From: Eledone cirrhosa
Taxonomy: Eukaryota
NCBI GenBank assembly: GCA_964016885.1
Contig: OZ024745.1
Location: forward strand, 130,510,001-130,574,000
Direction: 5' to 3'
DNA: 64,000 nucleotides
Part shown: positions 59,064 to 64,000 of the stretch, in pieces
Numbering within the stretch: position 1 is the first letter of the stretch
Layout of the letters: each line of letters starts with the position of its first letter
Notes under the pieces: model-generated
Seen by the model: the letters and a program-made list of their open reading frames with translations, nothing else
Databases searched by the model: none
What the model was told of the DNA's origin: nothing
Made by a program: the position numbers and the translations under genes

Positions 59064-61651
59064 GTTGCATTTATCTTGCTTTATGTTCATACGAGATATC
59101 ACCAAGTCACAACCAGTGACCTCAAGAGACAACAAGGTCCGCCATGTTCAAGAAAGAACATACATACACACACAGGCATCTTTAGGTGTTTAGACTTGTG
59201 ATGTACTTATATTGACAGAATCTTCCTTAGTATATGGGCAGTTCCCATTAGTACTATATTTTGTATTTCTCCTATACGGGGGTTTCCTGGGATTTGCGAT
59301 AAGTAATCATTAGACCCCTTAGGTATCATTCCTAGAGCGCCTACAACCAATTTCCACATTTTTCCAATTTCTATCTCCAGGTCCTTATACTTGCTCAATT
59401 TTTTAAATGTTTTTATATATACATTCTTGTCTATAGGAACGGACATATCAATTAGCAGGCATACCCTCTTTTTAAAGTCCTTCAGTATTATATCAGGTCT
59501 ATTTGCATCTATTTTTCGGTCTGTTTGGATGCTAAAGTTCCACAAGATTGAGATTTGATCTTTTTCAAGTATGGGAGGTGGTTGATGCTCCACCAATTCT
59601 TTTGATGGGGCAGGTCAAAATGCTTACACATTATCCAATGTATGTATTGTGCAGCTCTGTCATGTCTGTTTAGGTATTCGGTTGGAGCTATAGGACTGCA
59701 CATTGAAATTATATGATCAATGGTCTCTGGTTGTTTTTTACATACACGGCATAATGGGTTGCATCCATTTTTTATTATTGGCTTGGTAATTTTTTGTTGG
59801 CAGACACTGATCTTGTGCCGATATAATCAGTCCTTCAGTCTCCGATTTCAGTCCAGAGGATGCCAACCACTGATGGGTTAAAGTTTTGTCAACATCAGGA
59901 TTGTTAGCTCGCTCTGGGTATTTTCCATACAGAGGCTTTTCTTGCCATTTCTTAGCCAGTTTCTGTAGCAGTTCTTTCTTTGCAGTTACTTTTACCTGCT
60001 TTGCTTTTTCTGTGTTTTCCATTTCAGCAGTAAATGGGACTTCTGAAATTTGTAGTTCATAGCTGTATCTTTGTACATCTTTTGTAATGGAGTATGATCT
60101 TTTGATGCTTTCCTGTTTCAAAACGAGTTTGATCATCCAATCATTTGATTCCCTTAGATATGTAGATAATCTAATTGTTGCAGTTTTCAGCGCAATATCT
60201 AACTGGATTAGCCCAAGTCCTCCTTCTTTCCTAGGGAGATATATTCTATCTGTATCTGCCTTAGGGTGATGTATTCTGTGCATGGTTAAGAATTTTCGAA
60301 TTTTTGTATCGAGCCTACGGATCTTTGTGCTTGACCAGTTGATGACATTGTAACTGTAGGTTACTACTGGTATGGCAAGCGTGTTTATGGCATCGATCCT
60401 ATTCCTTGCATTCAATTCCGTTCTTAAGATTGCTCTTACTCTGCGGTAACATTCTTTCCTTATCCTTTCCCTCATTGTCGAGTGCTTGATTCCGTCTCCT
60501 TCACAAACACCTAGATATTTGTAAGTTTCCTCTTGATCAAGTTCTCTTATCACATTCCCCCCGATCAAGATTAATGTCTGAACTTTTCAGCAGCTTTCCT
60601 CTGGTGAACGTTTAGCGCATTTATCTTGTCCAAACTCCATTTTAATGTCATCACTGAACTGCTCCACAGTGGATAATAGTCCTTGCAATTGTTCATCATT
60701 TTTTGGAAATAGTTTCAGGTCATCCATGTAGAACAAGTGATTAATGGTTTTGTCATAGATTCTATATCCATGTTTTGTTTCATTGAGCATTTTACTTAAT
60801 GGTATAAGTGCGATGCAGAATAAAAGCGGTGATAAAGAGTCACCCTGAAAAATTCCACAATTAATATTAACTTCTCCAGCTTCCAGTGAATTTGTTTCAC
60901 TATTCAAAAGGAGTGTCGTTTTCCATGTCTTCATACTGAATGACAAGAACCTCCTGACAACGGGAGATATTTTGAAAATCTCTAAACATTTTTCAATCCA
61001 ACTGTGTGGCAAACTATCGAATGCTTTTTTATAATCTATCCAAGCAATTAATAGATTTTTGTGTCTATTATGACAATCTTCCAGTATCATTTTGTTAACC
61101 AAAAGCTGATCCTTACAACCATATGAGCCTCGTTTACACCCTTTCTGCTCATTGGGAAATAGGTCATTTGTTATCAGGTGGTCATATGTATATTCAGTTA
61201 GGACTGATGTTAAAGTTTTATACATTGTGGTCAAGCAAGTTATCGGTCTGTAATTTTTGGGATTGTTTGTCTCATCATTCTTCGGAAGCAGGAATGTAAT
61301 GCCGTTAATTAGCCATGAAGGTATCTTTTCTGGCTCCTTAACTATTTCATTGGAAAGTTGGGCGAACAGCTCATGAGACTCTGTGAAGGCATTTATCCAA
61401 ACATTTGGTATTTTGTCTTTTCCTGGGGATTTCCATTTGCTGGTTTTTCTAAGAGCCAAACGCAGCTGTTCAACTGTTATATTTTCCCATATTTGTTCCT
61501 CAAGGTGAGCTGTATCTTTCATTTGTCTGTCTATCCATGGGGCATGTATATTATGAACTTTTTCTTCGGCCCAGATCTTTTCCCAGAATTCTTGCACTTC
61601 CTCCTTGGGTGGTATTGATTTAGCAGTTATTGTTGACTTGCCAATTTTTCT
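59010..61651 (-). mobile_element. R4/Dong-type non-LTR retrotransposon, 5'-truncated, three frameshifts: RT, CCHC, REL, 3' UTR, (TAA)n tail
   Basis: WKSPGKD, NYRPITCL, EQKGC, WIDYKKAFDS, GIFQGDSLSPLLF, LFYMDDLKL, YKYLG, RLYLPRKEGG-like, ETEGLI.SAQDQ, RHD, NRPDI, KYKDL. Stop at 59207. Confidence 0.95.
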
Positions 61652-62481
61652 GTATGTATGTATGTATGTATGTATGTATGTATGTATGTATGTATGTATG
61701 TATGTATGTATGTATACATATATATATATATAGGCAATGCAAGATTGAAAGCTGAATAGATACGTAGCTAGGTACATATAAAGACAGATAGATATATCCA
61801 TAGGCCAATAAAATTATAAACGATTAGGTATAGCTACATAAAGTGAGGCAAACAAAGAAAAATAGATAGGTCATTAACTTTCCATGCGTGTTCCGATGAA
61901 TCACTTGGTTCAATATTTATTATAGAAGCCATTTATTTACTTATACATTAACGTATAATTCCATTTATTTATAATGTATCTGAAATGGTCAATGCTATTT
62001 TATATATAATCGGTGACAAAAAGGGATGTACAGTTAAACCGGTGTAATTATATTAAACAGAAATGCAAAAGAAATTTGTAGCTTTACTTTCTTTACATAA
62101 TTGTTCGTTTATATGAAGAATTTATTAAAAATGAATTTGATCAAAGAGAATACCCATACATCATGTCACATTGTATATGGTAGTTATTAATTTAGCCCAT
62201 TCCGTACTTCTAGATTTCAGGGCTTTTATTCTCCTAGAGTAATTAAATTTATGGTTCTTTATGAATAAGCTTTTGTTACCAAATACAAGCAGACATACAT
62301 TCATATACAGCTTCATACTCACATATATATATATATATATATACACGTGCTCAGCTTCCTTCACATACATACAGAGAGTTTGAATGTAGTGTATAGATTT
62401 ACGTATTTAAGTACACACACATATATACATACATGCATACATATATATATATATGTATATATACACACACACACACACATA

Positions 62482-62549
<68 letters not shown>

Positions 62550-62704
62550 TTTATATATATATTTCTTATATTTATATATAAAATATATATATATAAAATC
62601 GGAGGCCATATTCAGTTTATTTAAAACTCCTTCATACATATTTCACTGAGTACTAGCTGCGAAACCTAAATTAAGCATTGAAAGTATGTATGTATGTATG
62701 TATG

Positions 62705-62785
<81 letters not shown>

Positions 62786-62842
62786 ATGTGTGTGTGTGTG
62801 TGTGTGTATGTTTGTGTGTGTGTGTGTGTGTATTATATATAT

Positions 62843-63040
62843 CCAAAGACATTTTTTCCAATTCCAACCCGCCCGTCCCGTCAATCTATCTTATTTCTCA
62901 TTCTTTAGTCTGATGAAAGATGAAAGACTAGCGTCCGAAACGTCAAGCCCTCTTCCTACTATTTCAAGCGTTAACTTAATATATTCATTTCATATACTGT
63001 ACCGATTGTTTTATTATTTCTGTTTACCTTTTACATATAC
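62843..63040 (+). mobile_element. Family E element with hammerhead motif (62910-62947)
   Basis: CTGATGA-(aagatga duplication)-aa gac tagc gtc c-GAAA-CG-TC-aag. Homologous to 46645-46836. Confidence 0.8.
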
Positions 63041-63155
<115 letters not shown>

Positions 63156-63554
63156 GTATATGTAAAAGGTAAACAGAAATAATAAAACAATCGTATATAT
63201 TTGTATATATATATATATATATATATACAAATATGATAATGAGCATAATTAGCCTATTTAATCATCATCGTGCTAAGAAGATATTATATGGTGTGAAAAA
63301 TACAGAGTGACAGCAGGCATAATACGAAACTGATTGAAGGGGACTTTCAACTATTTCACGGTTCATTACAGTTAATAACACAATCGTGATATTGGACGAG
63401 TTATACATACTAGGCATAACAAATCACGCAGTTGTGGATAATTTTGATAATTCTAAATGTAATTTAACACCTGTTTATTAAAGAAAAATGTAAAACTTAC
63501 ATTTTAGAATATATACATAAGCGTGCGTCTGAAAGAGATATAGAAGAAGAATTG

Positions 63555-63700
63555 ATCCCAGCACTAGGCCAGTAAATTTTTTTATTAACCTCGAAAGGAT
63601 GAAAGGCAAAGTTGACCTCACTAGGATTTGAACTCAAAGAGCAGATATCTAGAACGAACACTGTACAATATTGTATCCGACGTTCTAACGGCTCTAACGA
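63555..63700 (-). mobile_element. Diverged SINE S1
   Basis: aaggatgaaaggcaaagttgacctc..ggatttgaactc. Confidence 0.75.
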
Positions 63701-64000
63701 CATGTCTACGCCTCACTTCCAGTTGCTCTTAAATTTGAACGTGAATAACCGTTACTAAATATCGTAGCCCTAACAAATCAATATATAATATTGTTCTTGG
63801 GTCGTACACGGTATTATACTATAGAAACTTATAAAATTTGTAAACCATTATAATATAAAGGTTTATGTTCTTTGTATTCTGTACATTTGTATTATCAAAG
63901 GAAAAGAAAAGAAATATTTTAGTTTTATACAGAATATGACAAACTATTTGATTAATTCAATAGTAATTTTATTAATGGAGAAGCGAAACTGTTTCGCTTA

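Overview
AT-rich, microsatellite-saturated animal genomic DNA with one 200-N gap and no host gene that I can recognise. The two tRNA-derived SINE families and the extreme (TA)n/(TG)n/(TACA)n load point to an octopod cephalopod (inference). Almost all long ORFs in the supplied track are microsatellite artefacts. The genuine coding remnants are all retroelements: a Penelope-like element (PLE) RT/GIY-YIG ORF at 40689-41912, R4/Dong-type RT/REL LINEs, RTE LINE 3' ends and Gypsy RNase H pieces. There is also a non-autonomous Helitron. The main hidden structure is about 12 families (about 30 copies) of short non-coding elements, nearly all inserted in (TA)n. Most carry a type I hammerhead-ribozyme (HHR) motif, often with a variant core and a palindromic helix III. 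Most are fold-back (inverted) structures whose axis lies in or next to the ribozyme, with a 3' tail on one arm only. Many unrelated families share an AYYGAGNRC tail motif, which also occurs in the 3' UTR of the coding PLE. I interpret them as a TA-targeted, ribozyme-bearing PLE/pLTR fold-back system. All structures were paired by eye and need computational and biochemical confirmation.
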